Of a stretch of 61,569 nt of DNA, positions 1 through 12,342 are shown piece after piece. A model generated the notes under the pieces. The model saw only the letters and a list, made by a program, of their open reading frames with translations, was not told where the DNA came from and made no database searches. Where the stretch lies: NCBI GenBank assembly GCA_017961365.1, contig JAGCXI010000057.1, positions 1-61,569 of the forward strand, read 5' to 3'. The position numbers and the translations under genes are program-made. Origin of the DNA: Clostridia bacterium. GTDB taxonomy: Bacteria > Bacillota > Clostridia > Christensenellales > CAG-1252. Numbering within the stretch: position 1 is the first letter of the stretch; every line of letters starts with the position of its first letter.

Positions 1-377
1 CCGATCGGCAAGCCCGTCTCGCGAAGGAGAAGGAAGAGACGAAAGAGAATCTTCGTCTCTCGGAAGAAGCGAAACGGGAGTCCGAGCGTCGTCTCGGTGA
101 GATCGATCAAGAGCTCGAGGAGAAGAGGAAAGCTTCGGACGCTCGCGCTGCCGAGGCGTATGAAAAGACCGTTTCGGAGGCAAAAGTTCGCGCCGCAGAG
201 ATCATCACGGACGCGCAAAAAGAGGCGCAGGCGCAGACGAATCGCGCCATCTCCGAGGCAAAAGAAGAGATAAAGGACGTCGCCATCTCCCTTGCGGAGA
301 ATATCATCGGCGCTCGTATCGACGAGGTGGACGATGATATGATCGACGACGCGATCAAGGATTGGAAGAATGGCTGA
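1..377 (+). CDS. atpF: F-type ATP synthase subunit b, C-terminal part (5' end outside the window)
   Basis: Frame 3 is open from the window edge to TGA 375-377. The translation is a Glu/Lys/Ala-rich coiled coil (...ITDAQKEAQAQTNRAISEAKEEIKDVAISLAENIIGARIDE...), as in peripheral-stalk subunit b. Its stop overlaps the next start (ATGGCTGA) and it lies directly upstream of the F1 genes. It is absent from the ORF track because no Met start lies inside the window. Confidence 0.7.
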   Translation, partial: DRQARLAKEKEETKENLRLSEEAKRESERRLGEIDQELEEKRKASDARAAEAYEKTVSEAKVRAAEIITDAQKEAQAQTNRAISEAKEEIKDVAISLAENIIGARIDEVDDDMIDDAIKDWKNG

Positions 378-2081
378 ATATGTCGTGACCTCCGCCAAAG
401 CGCTTAGCGAAGAGAAGAAGCAGCGCATGATTCGAGAGCTGAAAGCCGACGCTTCGTCGGTGACTTTTCTCGTGGATGAAGCGCTTATCGGCGGCGTCAT
501 CATATCGGATGGGACAAGGGTGCTCGACGCCTCCGTACGCGGAAAACTTCGCAGTGCTTACGATGCGGCGGAAAAGCGCGTTTACGGCAAGCCGCTCGAG
601 CATATCCTCGACGAATTAAAAGCGGAATTCGCTTCTTTCACGCGTAAAAACGAAAAGATCGAGGCGGGCGTGATCCGTTCGGTCACGGACGGCGTCATCT
701 TTGTGGATGGGCTGCCGGAAGCAAAGGTCAGCGAGCTTCTTTTGGTCCGCGGGCAGTATTTTGCGATGGTGATGAATCTTGATTCGGATTCCGTCGGCGC
801 GATCCTCCTTACGGGACAGTCGGAAGTTCGCGCGGGCGATCTCGCTTGCTGTACGGGGCGCATTGTGACCGTCCCCGTCGGCGCTTCTTTGCTTGGAAGA
901 GTGCTTGATCCTTTGGGCGCTCCGATCGACGGGAAGGGAGATGTGCAAGCGGAGTCTTTCCGCCGAGCGGAAAGCCCTGCGCCGAGCGTCTTCGACAGAG
1001 CAAAAGTGGCAGAGCCTCTCTATACGGGGATCAAGACAATCGACGCCATCGTCCCCATCGGAAAGGGACAGCGCGAGCTCATCATCGGCGATAGACAGAC
1101 GGGCAAAACGTCGATCTGCCTCGACGCCATCCTCAATCAAAAAGGGAAAAACGTATTTTGCGTTTACGTTGCGATCGGACAGAAGAATTCCACGATCGCA
1201 GACGTCGTGAAGAGACTGCGCGAGCACGGCGCGTCGGAATACACCGTCGTTGTCGCCGCCACGGCGTCGGACAGCGCGCCCCTTCAATACATCGCGCCTT
1301 ATACGGCGACGGCGATGGCGGAAGCGCTTATGTATGAAGGGAAGGACGTTCTCATCGTCTATGACGATCTCTCCAAGCACGCCGTCGCATACAGAACCAT
1401 CTCGCTTCTTCTGAAAAGGCCCGCAGGGCGCGAAGCTTATCCGGGCGACGTTTTTTACGTGCATTCGAGATTGCTCGAGCGTTCGGCAAAGCTCTCGGAC
1501 AAGCTGGGCGGCGGCTCTCTGACGGCGCTTCCGATCATCGAGACCTTGGGCTCGGACATTTCGCAGTATATCCCCACGAACGTCATCTCCATCACGGACG
1601 GTCAGCTCTTTTTGGAGTCTATGCTTTTCCATTCGGGGGTTCGTCCCGCCGTGAATGTCGGACTCTCCGTGTCGAGAGTGGGCGGCAGCGCGCAATGCGC
1701 CGCGATGCGCGAGGTGGCGAAGGGACTGAAACTCGACCTTGCGCGTTACAGAGAAATGGCGATCTTTACGCAGTTCGGCGGCGACGTGGACGAAGAGACG
1801 AAAAGCGTCCTTGAAAAAGGCGCGAAGCTCACACAAATGCTCGTTCAGCCCGTTGGGAAGCCTTATGCTATGGCGGATGAGGTCTTGGAGATCTACGTTA
1901 CGAGCCACGGGGCGTTCGCCGACGTTCGCGTAAATGATCTCAGAAAAGAATTGGACGCTTTCCTCCTTGAGGTGCATGCGGATCACCCCGAAATCGCGGA
2001 GAGCATTTCCGCCACGGGGAAGCTTTCCGAGGAAACGAAAGCGACGCTTGATCTTATGATCCGAGCGTATAGGGAAAAACA

Positions 2082-2085
<4 letters not shown>
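370..2085 (+). CDS. atpA: F1 ATP synthase subunit alpha with an N-terminal delta(OSCP)-C-terminal-domain-like extension
   Basis: Single 571-aa ORF. Residues ~76-571 match alpha: Walker A GDRQTGKTSI, ITDGQLFLES, SVSRVGGSAQ. Residues 1-70 match the delta C-terminal-domain pattern (see findings). Confidence 0.9.
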
Positions 2086-4665
<2,580 letters not shown>

Positions 4666-4684
4666 TCGATCGGAAGGAGATATT

Positions 4685-6925
4685 ATGAAGTTATACGGAC
4701 CTTCTTACATACTGGACGGAACCCCGGTGTCAACGGAAGAACTCGCCGCGGCGGGATATTCTCAAAAGCTTTTGGATAATGCGTATCAAGGGACGATCGC
4801 GTATTCCGTGCTTTCAGCCCATAGCCTAAGCGGCGCGGAGAAAGGGAAGACTTTGCATGTGAAGTTCGACGCTTTGGCGTCGCATGACATCACGTATGTC
4901 GGGATCATTCAAACGGCGAAAGCGAGCGGACTTACGGAATTCCCTTTGCCTTATGTCCTTACGAATTGTCACAATTCCCTTTGCGCGGTCGGCGGCACGA
5001 TCAACGAGGACGACCATCTTTTCGGTCTCTCCGCCGCGAAGAAATACGGCGGCATCTTTGTTCCCGCGCACCAAGCCGTTATTCATACGTATATGCGTGA
5101 ATGTTTTGCGAAATGCGGCGGCATGATCCTCGGCAGCGACAGCCATACGCGTTACGGCGCGCTTGGCACGATGGCGGTGGGCGAGGGCGGTCCCGAGCTT
5201 GTGAAGCAGCTTCTTGAGATGACGTATGATATCAAATATCCCGAAGTCGTCGCGATCATTCTGAAAGGCGCTCCGCGTAAAGGCGTCGGGCCGCATGACG
5301 TGGCGATCGCTCTTATCGGAGAAGTCTTCAAAAAGGGGACGGTCAAGAATAAAGTTTTGGAGTTTATCGGAGATGGCGTGGAGAATCTTTCCGTGGAATA
5401 TCGGAATGGGATCGACGTGATGACCACCGAGACCGCCTGCCTCTCTTCGATCTGGAAGACCGATTATAAAGTCAGAGAGTATTATGCCGTCCGCGGAAGA
5501 GTGGATGCTTATAAGAAGCTTGAGCCTAAGGAGCTCGCCTTCTATGACGAAGTCATCGAGATCGATCTTTCCGAGATCGAGCCGATGATCGCGCTTCCTT
5601 TCCATCCGTCCAATGCCTATAAGCTCGCGGATCTCATCGCGAATCCGACGGACATTCTTTCCGAAGCAAGCAAGAATATCAATGAGCTTCTCGGTGGAAA
5701 AGTGAAGATGGATCTCACGAAAAAAGTCCGTAATGGCGCCGTTTATGTCGAGCAGGGCGTTATCGCGGGTTGCGCCGGCGGAACGTATGACAATATCGCG
5801 GAGAGCGCGAAGATCCTCGAAGGGAAGTCGATCGGAAACGGAGAATTTTCTTTGAGCGTTTATCCCGGAAGTCAGCCCGTCTTTACGGAGCTTGTGAATA
5901 ACGGAGGTATCGCCGCCTTGATGAAAGCGGGCGCTTCCGTTCGCTCTTGCTTTTGCGGTCCTTGCTTCGGCGCGGGCGACGTGCCGGCAAATGACTGCTT
6001 GAGCATTCGCCACACCACGAGGAATTTCGAGAGCAGAGAGGGGTCTAAGCCCTTGGAAGGACAGATATCCGCCGTCGCTTTGATGGACGCGCGTTCCATC
6101 GCCGCCACCGCCGCAAACGGAGGAAAGCTGACCTCCGCGCTGGATTATGATTACGACGCATCCATTCCGCCTTATCGTCATGACGACAGCTCTTATAAGA
6201 GCAGGGTCTATAACGGTTATGGAAAGGCGAAGACGGAAGAACCGCTTCGCTATGGTCCGAATATCGCCGATTGGCCGAAGATCGCCGCTCTTCCCGAGAA
6301 TGCGATCTATAAGATCGCGGCGGTGATCAATGACCCCGTGACGACGACGGATGAGCTCATCCCGTCGGGGGAGACGTCCTCGTATAGGAGCAATCCGCTC
6401 CGTCTTGCCGAGTTTGCGCTTTCGAGGAAAGTGCCGGAATATGTCGGCAGAGCGAAAGCGATCAAGGCGTCGTCCGATGCCTTCGCTTCGACGGGAGATC
6501 TCCCCGAAGAGTATGCTTCCGCTTTGCAAAGGGCGGGATTGAAGCTCGAGGGAAGTTCTTTCCTGACGAGCGCGATCTTTGCGGTCAAGCCCGGAGACGG
6601 TAGCGCAAGAGAGCAGGCGGCGAGTTGCCAGCGCGTGCTGGGCGGCGGCTGTAATTTTGCGAGGGAGTACGCGACGAAGCGGTATAGAAGTAATCTGATC
6701 AATTGGGGAATGCTGCCTTATATCACACAGGCGGATTTCGAGGTGGGAGATATCGTCATCGTCCCGAATGTGAAAAAGTCCCTTGCCGAAGACTTGCCTT
6801 TCGAGCTTTGCATCGTTCGCGGCGAAAAGGTCTTGAAGAGCGAGGCGTTCGTCGATAAGCTCACGGACGACGAGAAGAAGATCATCAAGGACGGCTGTCT
6901 GATCAATTATTACGCGAATCGGTAA
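4685..6925 (+). CDS. Aconitase-family Fe-S hydro-lyase (probable aconitate hydratase)
   Basis: 746 aa with an AGGAG RBS. Motifs [14 protein letters not shown] and [10 protein letters not shown] fit Fe-S cluster cysteines. C-terminal swivel-domain pattern [10 protein letters not shown]...[11 protein letters not shown]. Confidence 0.7.
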   Translation: MKLYGPSYILDGTPVSTEELAAAGYSQKLLDNAYQGTIAYSVLSAHSLSGAEKGKTLHVKFDALASHDITYVGIIQTAKASGLTEFPLPYVLTNCHNSLCAVGGTINEDDHLFGLSAAKKYGGIFVPAHQAVIHTYMRECFAKCGGMILGSDSHTRYGALGTMAVGEGGPELVKQLLEMTYDIKYPEVVAIILKGAPRKGVGPHDVAIALIGEVFKKGTVKNKVLEFIGDGVENLSVEYRNGIDVMTTETACLSSIWKTDYKVREYYAVRGRVDAYKKLEPKELAFYDEVIEIDLSEIEPMIALPFHPSNAYKLADLIANPTDILSEASKNINELLGGKVKMDLTKKVRNGAVYVEQGVIAGCAGGTYDNIAESAKILEGKSIGNGEFSLSVYPGSQPVFTELVNNGGIAALMKAGASVRSCFCGPCFGAGDVPANDCLSIRHTTRNFESREGSKPLEGQISAVALMDARSIAATAANGGKLTSALDYDYDASIPPYRHDDSSYKSRVYNGYGKAKTEEPLRYGPNIADWPKIAALPENAIYKIAAVINDPVTTTDELIPSGETSSYRSNPLRLAEFALSRKVPEYVGRAKAIKASSDAFASTGDLPEEYASALQRAGLKLEGSSFLTSAIFAVKPGDGSAREQAASCQRVLGGGCNFAREYATKRYRSNLINWGMLPYITQADFEVGDIVIVPNVKKSLAEDLPFELCIVRGEKVLKSEAFVDKLTDDEKKIIKDGCLINYYANR

Positions 6926-6959
6926 TTTCCTTTTTTCTTTCGCATATAGTACTATCGCT

Positions 6960-7979
6960 ATGATAGTCACGGTGCGAAAGGAACGGATCGAGAGAAATCT
7001 GAAAAATATGCGGCTTGCCACGGGTAAGCCGCTTATTTTGATGTGTAAGGCGAATGGTTACGGGCACGGAATGCTTGAGGTCGCGCGGGCGGAGGCGGCG
7101 GCATACGGCGTCGCCACGGAAGAGGAGGGCGCGCGGCTTCGCGCCGTTGTAAGCAAAGATATTCTCGTGAGCGCGCCTCGGCTCTCCGCGCTTGATCTTA
7201 TTGCGAAAAATGATCTCGTGCCTATCATCGGAGAGGAGACTTATTTAAAGGCGGCGGTCTTTTCGGGAAAGGTGAGACGATGCCATCTGAAAGCGGACAG
7301 CGGAATGCATCGAATGGGATTACTATCCCCGAAAGATTGCCTTGACGCGGCGCTTTTTCTTTCGGAGCACGGCGTGCGGCTCGAAGGGATCGCCACGCAT
7401 TATAAGGAAAGCGGAGAGAATGTAAAAAAGCAAAATGAAGCGTTTGATGCTTGCCTAAGCGCGATCAAGGGTGCTTTTTCGGCGCGGGGGCTTCCTCTTC
7501 CGATCACGCATGTCACGGCTTCGGGGCGCGCGGATGCGCAGAAATACGATATGCTTCGCGTGGGGCTTGCGGCGTACGGCTATGGGGATCTCGACGCCCT
7601 TGCGCCTGCAATGGAGGTCTCGTCTGAAATTCTTTGCGTAAAAAGGCTTGCGGCGGGTGATACTCTCGGCTATGGAAGCGGTTTTCGAGCGAAAAAAGCA
7701 TTGACTGCCTACACCGTGCTCGGCGGATATGCCGACGGGATCGACAGGCGAGAGGTGGGGCGTGAAGTGCTTTGCAAGGGCGCGCGATGTCGCATCGCGG
7801 CGGTGTGCATGGATACTTTCGAAGTTGTGACCGAACGGGTTGACTTATGCGTCGGCGATCGTGTTATAATAATGTCCGAAGAACTCGACGCGGCGTATGT
7901 CGCGGCATGCCGGGGTTCCATCCCGTACGAAGTCCTCGTCGGGTATGACACGCCTCGGGCTGAAATGCATTATGAATGA
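6960..7979 (+). CDS. alr: Alanine racemase
   Basis: PLP-lysine motif LMCKANGYGHG near the N-terminus, with alr-like length and C-terminus. No obvious RBS, so the start is uncertain. Confidence 0.8.
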   Translation: MIVTVRKERIERNLKNMRLATGKPLILMCKANGYGHGMLEVARAEAAAYGVATEEEGARLRAVVSKDILVSAPRLSALDLIAKNDLVPIIGEETYLKAAVFSGKVRRCHLKADSGMHRMGLLSPKDCLDAALFLSEHGVRLEGIATHYKESGENVKKQNEAFDACLSAIKGAFSARGLPLPITHVTASGRADAQKYDMLRVGLAAYGYGDLDALAPAMEVSSEILCVKRLAAGDTLGYGSGFRAKKALTAYTVLGGYADGIDRREVGREVLCKGARCRIAAVCMDTFEVVTERVDLCVGDRVIIMSEELDAAYVAACRGSIPYEVLVGYDTPRAEMHYE

Positions 7980-8511
7980 TAAGAAAGAGCAAAGAAAAGC
8001 GATCAAAGAGCGGCTGTCCCATATGATCAAAGAAGAGCGGAAGGAATTTTCCGCGCGCATTGCGGACAAGCTTCTTTCTCATCCGTTTTATCTGCAGGCA
8101 AGGCGTCTTTTTATTTATTGTTCGACGGAAGAGGAAGCGGATACGCATTTTATCATCGAACGAGCCCTTTCGGAGGGGAAGTCGGTCTTTTTGCCGCGTA
8201 TAGAAGGGGGGAATATGGCGCCCGTTCCTTATCGAGCGGGGGACACTTTAAAAAAAGGCGTTTACGGCATCGAAGAGCCGCAGGGCGCGCCTTATTTCGG
8301 TGAGATCGATCTCGCCGTCATTCCGTTGCTCGGCTATGACGCAAGCCGCGCCCGTCTCGGCAGAGGAAAAGGATATTACGACCGTTTTCTGTCCTCTTTT
8401 AAGGGGAAAAGCATAGCGCTCGCTTTTTCCGTTCAAGCGCTTCCGAAAGTGGAGGTCGAAAGGACGGACGTCCGCCCCGATCTCATTCTTACGGAGAAGG
8501 AGGAGATATGA
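7972..8511 (+). CDS. 5-formyltetrahydrofolate cyclo-ligase
   Basis: MNDKKEQRKAIKERL..., IYCSTEEEADT, GYDASRARLGRGKGYYDRFL. Start chosen at the ATG that overlaps the alr stop by 8 nt; the track start at 7897 lies inside alr. Confidence 0.75.
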   Translation: MNDKKEQRKAIKERLSHMIKEERKEFSARIADKLLSHPFYLQARRLFIYCSTEEEADTHFIIERALSEGKSVFLPRIEGGNMAPVPYRAGDTLKKGVYGIEEPQGAPYFGEIDLAVIPLLGYDASRARLGRGKGYYDRFLSSFKGKSIALAFSVQALPKVEVERTDVRPDLILTEKEEI

Positions 8512-9053
8512 GAGTCATCGCGGGAAAGTATAAAGGAAGGGTTCTTTTCTCGCCCAAAGACGTTTTGGTCCGCCCGACGACGGATCGGATCAAAGAGAAT
8601 ATCTTCAATCTTTTGCAGTTTCGCATTGCGGGGGCTTCTTTTCTCGATCTTTTCGGCGGAAGCGGCGCGATGAGCGTGGAAGCGCTTTCCCGCGGCGCGG
8701 CGCGCGTCGTGACGGTGGACAGCGCGAGGGAAAGCATCGCCCTGATCAAGAAAAATTTTGCGAAGGTCGGCGCGGAAAAAGAAGCGCAGATCTTGGAACG
8801 GGATTATGCCCAAGCGCTTGCCTCTTTGCAAGGGGCGAGATTCGACCTCATCTTCCTTGATCCTCCCTATAAAGCGGATTTTTATGAAGATATCCTTTGC
8901 AAGATCGCGGAAAAAGACGTTCTCGCGCCTTCGGGGAGCGTAGTCTTCGAGCATGCGACGGAGCGAGATCTCGTCTTGCCTCCGCCGTGGGTTTCTTCGG
9001 ATCGGCGGAAATACGGAAGCGTTACGATCGATTTCCTTACGATGGAAAAGTGA
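8508..9053 (+). CDS. rsmD: 16S rRNA (guanine966-N2)-methyltransferase
   Basis: RPTTDRIKENIFN, LDLFGGSGAMSVEALSRGA, FLDPPY; ATGA overlap with the previous gene. Confidence 0.85.
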   Translation: MRVIAGKYKGRVLFSPKDVLVRPTTDRIKENIFNLLQFRIAGASFLDLFGGSGAMSVEALSRGAARVVTVDSARESIALIKKNFAKVGAEKEAQILERDYAQALASLQGARFDLIFLDPPYKADFYEDILCKIAEKDVLAPSGSVVFEHATERDLVLPPPWVSSDRRKYGSVTIDFLTMEK

Positions 9054-9095
9054 TCAAAAGTTGACAAAATCCATCGGATATAGTAAAATATTTTT

Positions 9096-9572
9096 ATGTC
9101 TAAATGTTTGGTCACCGGAACATTCGATCCGCCGACGCGCGGACATGAAGCGCTCATCGAAGACGCCCTCGGCGCCTTTGAGGAGACGGCGGTTGCGATC
9201 CTTGTGAATCCGGAGAAAGAGACGATGTTCTCCGTGGAAGAGCGGCTTGAGATGCTCAAGTCGGCTTTCGGGGATAAGATCGAAGCTTTCTTTTATGACG
9301 GGATGGCGGTCGACGCGGCAGAAAAAGTCGGCGCGGCTTTGCTCGTTCGCGGAATACGCGGCGCGGAAGACCTTGCGTACGAGCGGGAAATGGCGGCCTA
9401 TAACCGCGCGCATGGGAAAGAAACAGTCTTTTTCTTTGCGGAAGAAGATCTTGCTGACGTAAATTCCACTGCGGCGCGCGAGGCGATCCTTCGCGGAGAA
9501 AATGCGGAAAAATACTTGAGTGAGAATGTAGCGGCGCTCGTCGCACGGTACGGGAGGAAGAAAAATGGATGA
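9096..9572 (+). CDS. coaD: Phosphopantetheine adenylyltransferase
   Basis: MSKCLVTGTFDPPTRGHEALIE (nucleotidyltransferase HxGH motif), ~158 aa. Confidence 0.9.
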   Translation: MSKCLVTGTFDPPTRGHEALIEDALGAFEETAVAILVNPEKETMFSVEERLEMLKSAFGDKIEAFFYDGMAVDAAEKVGAALLVRGIRGAEDLAYEREMAAYNRAHGKETVFFFAEEDLADVNSTAAREAILRGENAEKYLSENVAALVARYGRKKNG

Positions 9573-10029
9573 CGTTGTAGCGATTATCGACGAATTGGAA
9601 GACCTTCTTTTAAGCAAAAAGAAAGGTTTTTTCTCCGGTAAAGTATATGTGGACCAAGACAAGGTGGCGGAGCTTCTCGGACAGTTGCGCGATGCCGTTC
9701 CGCAGAGCTTTTATGATGCGATGTCCATTTTGAAGCAGCAAGACGAGCTCATCGCAGACGCGCAACGGAAGGCAGACGCGGTTTTGCGCAATGCGAACGC
9801 CACGCGGGAAAAATTGTTAAATGAGTCGGATATCCTCGCGCAAGCCAAAGAGGAGTCGGATGCGCTTATCCGCTCCACGCGAGAGTATTGTGAGCAGCTG
9901 AAATATTCCGTCACGCAGAAATTGGATGCGCAGCTTTATGATTCCGCCGTTAGGCTGAATGAGTCTTTGATGCTCATCGATGAAGTGCGCAATGAATTCC
10001 GCAAGCGCACGAATAAAGACGATAGATAG
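9565..10029 (+). CDS. Conserved coiled-coil protein of unknown function
   Basis: 154 aa, helical and charged (…QQDELIADAQRKADAVLRNANATREKLLNESDILAQAKEESDALIRS…). Its start overlaps the coaD stop (ATGGATGA) and a terminator follows. Confidence 0.5.
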   Translation: MDDVVAIIDELEDLLLSKKKGFFSGKVYVDQDKVAELLGQLRDAVPQSFYDAMSILKQQDELIADAQRKADAVLRNANATREKLLNESDILAQAKEESDALIRSTREYCEQLKYSVTQKLDAQLYDSAVRLNESLMLIDEVRNEFRKRTNKDDR

Positions 10030-10048
10030 TATTAGAGAAAGATCGCTT

Positions 10049-10076
10049 CTCCCTTCTTCGCGAAGGGAGTTTTTTT
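10049..10076 (+). terminator. Rho-independent terminator
   Basis: CTCCCTTC-ttcgc-GAAGGGAG followed by T7. Confidence 0.8.
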
Positions 10077-10111
10077 ACGATATTCCGAAAGGATCCGGCA
10101 TATATATCGAT

Positions 10112-11056
10112 ATGCGTGTCCGAAAATCCGCGATCCTCATCCTTTTATTGTTGATCGTCCTCCTCATCGATCCTTCGAGATATTTCGCGTCGGTGAAGAA
10201 TGGGATCCTTCTTTTTACGGCGTCGGTCTTGCCTTCGATGTTGCCGTATTTCTTTTTTACGAAGCTTTTTACGGCGGTGGGCGGCGCGGAAGGCATCGCC
10301 CGCAGCGTGGGCAAGCCCGTCGCTAAAGCGTATGGCGTCGCGCCGATCTGCGGCTATGCTTTGGTGATGAGCCTCCTCAGCGGATATCCCGTCGGCGCGC
10401 GCGTTCTCGGGGATCTTTATGATAAAGGGCTCGTTGGGGAAGAGGATGTGCGCAGAGCGTCGTCTTTTGCCTCCACGAGCGGAAGTATGTTCGTGCTCGG
10501 AAGCGTTGGATCCGCCATTCTCGGAAATGTGAAAGCGGGGTGGGTGATCTTGATTTCACATTATCTCGGCGCATTGCTGAATGGATTTTTGCATTGCGTC
10601 AAGAAAAGGAAAAATGCGGAAAAACCGCTTCCGCCGCTCTTGATCTTGAAGAGCGATACGCTCTTGTCGGACGCGATGTATGAAAGCGTTCTGTCCCTTG
10701 CGCTCGTCGGAGGTTTCATCGCGCTGACGAATCTTTCGGCGGACATTTTTACGGATCTGATCGGACTTTTCGGGACGGATGTCCTTGCTCGGTCGAATGT
10801 CGTTTCTGGACTCGTTTATTCCTTTTTTGAGGTGACGAGAGGTTGCGTCGTCTTTTCGGAATGCGCTTTGCCGCCCTGTATGACGGCGGCGCTCGCTGCG
10901 GCGGCGATCTCTTTCGGCGGGCTGTCCGTCATTTTGCAGACCTTGGCTTTTCTCGGGAAGGCAGGGGTGAAAAGCGGGAGACTCCTGCTGATGAAAGGAA
11001 CGCAATCTATAATTACGTTCGGCTTGTGTTTGGGTTTAGGGGCTGTTTTTTTGTGA
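10112..11056 (+). CDS. ylbJ: Sporulation integral membrane protein YlbJ-like (nucleoside-recognition/Gate-domain family)
   Basis: Polytopic membrane protein; ASVKNGILLFTASVLPSMLPYFFFTKL. ATG at 10112 lies after the terminator; the track start at 9980 overlaps the preceding gene. Confidence 0.65.
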   Translation: MRVRKSAILILLLLIVLLIDPSRYFASVKNGILLFTASVLPSMLPYFFFTKLFTAVGGAEGIARSVGKPVAKAYGVAPICGYALVMSLLSGYPVGARVLGDLYDKGLVGEEDVRRASSFASTSGSMFVLGSVGSAILGNVKAGWVILISHYLGALLNGFLHCVKKRKNAEKPLPPLLILKSDTLLSDAMYESVLSLALVGGFIALTNLSADIFTDLIGLFGTDVLARSNVVSGLVYSFFEVTRGCVVFSECALPPCMTAALAAAAISFGGLSVILQTLAFLGKAGVKSGRLLLMKGTQSIITFGLCLGLGAVFL

Positions 11057-12226
11057 TCAGAGGACGAGCATGCCGGATTCGAGGTCGGGCGCTTCTTTCG
11101 CGATCGAGTAGATCTCGTGGGCTTTTGCGTCGATCATTGCCGAAAAACGTCCGCTTTCTTTCGCTTCGGTCTCGCCCGTGATCACTTGTCCCGCGCGGCT
11201 CAAAAGCGAGAGGATATCCGTCTTTTCTTTTTTCACCGCAAGGACTTTGTAATAGGGCGGCGCGTCGATCTCGCTCTCGAAAGCAAGTTTTGTGACGCCG
11301 AGCAATGCGCTGACGAGAATGCGCGAGACGCGGGCTTCGGTGTAACGCTTCGTGGAAACGGCTTTTACAAGGGAAGCGACGTTCTTGGATTCTTTTGCGA
11401 GACGCAAGATCCGATTCTCGATCCCTTCGCTCACGTCGTTTATGCGCTTGAATCCTTCCGGAGTGATCGTCGAGAGCCGATAAAGGAGAAGAGGGGAGAA
11501 ATGATCGACTTTGCTTGCGAGAGCAAGGTCTTTTTCCACGTATTCCGGGAGCGCGGCGCGATAGGCGTCTGTCGGCGCACCTTCGAAAAAGGCGCGACGT
11601 AAAGCGGAAGCGGAGGGCGCTTGCGGGTCGACGGAGGAAGCTTGATAGGCTCCGTTTCGTTTGAGCGTGTAAGGAAGAACGCCCCCTCTTTTCAACGCGG
11701 CGCGCAGGTATTCGATCGCGAGGATATTATTCGGTAAGGTCGGATCTGCGACGGAGAGCTTCCTCGCTTCTGCGTAATGGAGAAAAGCCTGCGCTCGCGC
11801 CGCAGGATAAGAACAGCCCATTTCGAGCAGGGATCGCAATTCTTCGGAGAGTTCTTCCGGTTCATCGTTTAAGATCTTCGCCGCATTTCGGATGGCGGTA
11901 AGATCGCCGCATTCGCTTCCGAAACAGATGTATTTTTCTTCGGCGTCCACGAAAGAAAGCGTCTTGACGGCGGCGTCGGCAAAACGTTCCGCGCAGGAAG
12001 CGGCAAAGATCTGCGGAAGCTCCAAAACGAGATCCGCGCCCGCATTGACGGCGTGTTTCGCCCTTGTGTATTTGTCAAAAAGGGCGAGTTCGCCTCTTTG
12101 CGTGACGTCTCCGCCGAGCAGAACGAGGAGCAGATCCGGGGAAAGCTCCTCCTTCACGGCACGAAGAAGACGGAGATGTCCGTTATGGAGAGGATTGAAT
12201 TCGGCTGTGATCGCGGCGATTTTCAT
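11057..12226 (-). CDS. tmcAL: tRNA(Met) cytidine acetate ligase (YlbM/UPF0348)
   Basis: MKIAAITAEFNPLHNGHLRLL (HxGH), 389 aa. Convergent with ylbJ and abuts it with no intergenic base. Confidence 0.8.
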   Translation of the reverse strand: MKIAAITAEFNPLHNGHLRLLRAVKEELSPDLLLVLLGGDVTQRGELALFDKYTRAKHAVNAGADLVLELPQIFAASCAERFADAAVKTLSFVDAEEKYICFGSECGDLTAIRNAAKILNDEPEELSEELRSLLEMGCSYPAARAQAFLHYAEARKLSVADPTLPNNILAIEYLRAALKRGGVLPYTLKRNGAYQASSVDPQAPSASALRRAFFEGAPTDAYRAALPEYVEKDLALASKVDHFSPLLLYRLSTITPEGFKRINDVSEGIENRILRLAKESKNVASLVKAVSTKRYTEARVSRILVSALLGVTKLAFESEIDAPPYYKVLAVKKEKTDILSLLSRAGQVITGETEAKESGRFSAMIDAKAHEIYSIAKEAPDLESGMLVL

Positions 12227-12259
12227 AGCTTAATTTTATATATAAATACGTTTATATCC

Positions 12260-12288
12260 TTGCTTTTTCCCGCGGTGCGGGTTATAAT
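12260..12288 (+). promoter_or_regulatory. Sigma-70-type promoter for pta-ackA
   Basis: TTGCTT, 17-nt spacer, TATAAT, in an AT-rich divergent intergenic region. Confidence 0.6.
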
Positions 12289-12342
12289 TATTATACATTT
12301 TTTTTTGCTTATAATAAAGCGTTTTATAAAGGAGATGGGAAA

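Noticed and set aside
616-1986. 456-aa minus-strand ORF antisense to atpA
   Set aside because: Mirror frame (616 and 370 are both 1 mod 3) with an Arg-rich nonsense-like composition.
4826-7021. 731-aa ORF on the minus strand covering almost the entire aconitase gene
   Set aside because: It is codon-aligned with the sense CDS (both low coordinates are 2 mod 3), so it is the reverse-complement 'mirror' of a gene that lacks TTA/CTA/TCA codons. The translation is Arg/Asp/Leu-rich low-complexity sequence with no recognisable motifs or RBS. The sense-strand product has clear aconitase motifs.
12318-12331. cre-like (CcpA) site ATAAAGCGTTTTAT upstream of pta
   Set aside because: Only the central AAGCGTTT core matches the WTGNAANCGNWNNCW consensus. 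The flanking TG/CA positions are mismatched, so the match is too weak to call.
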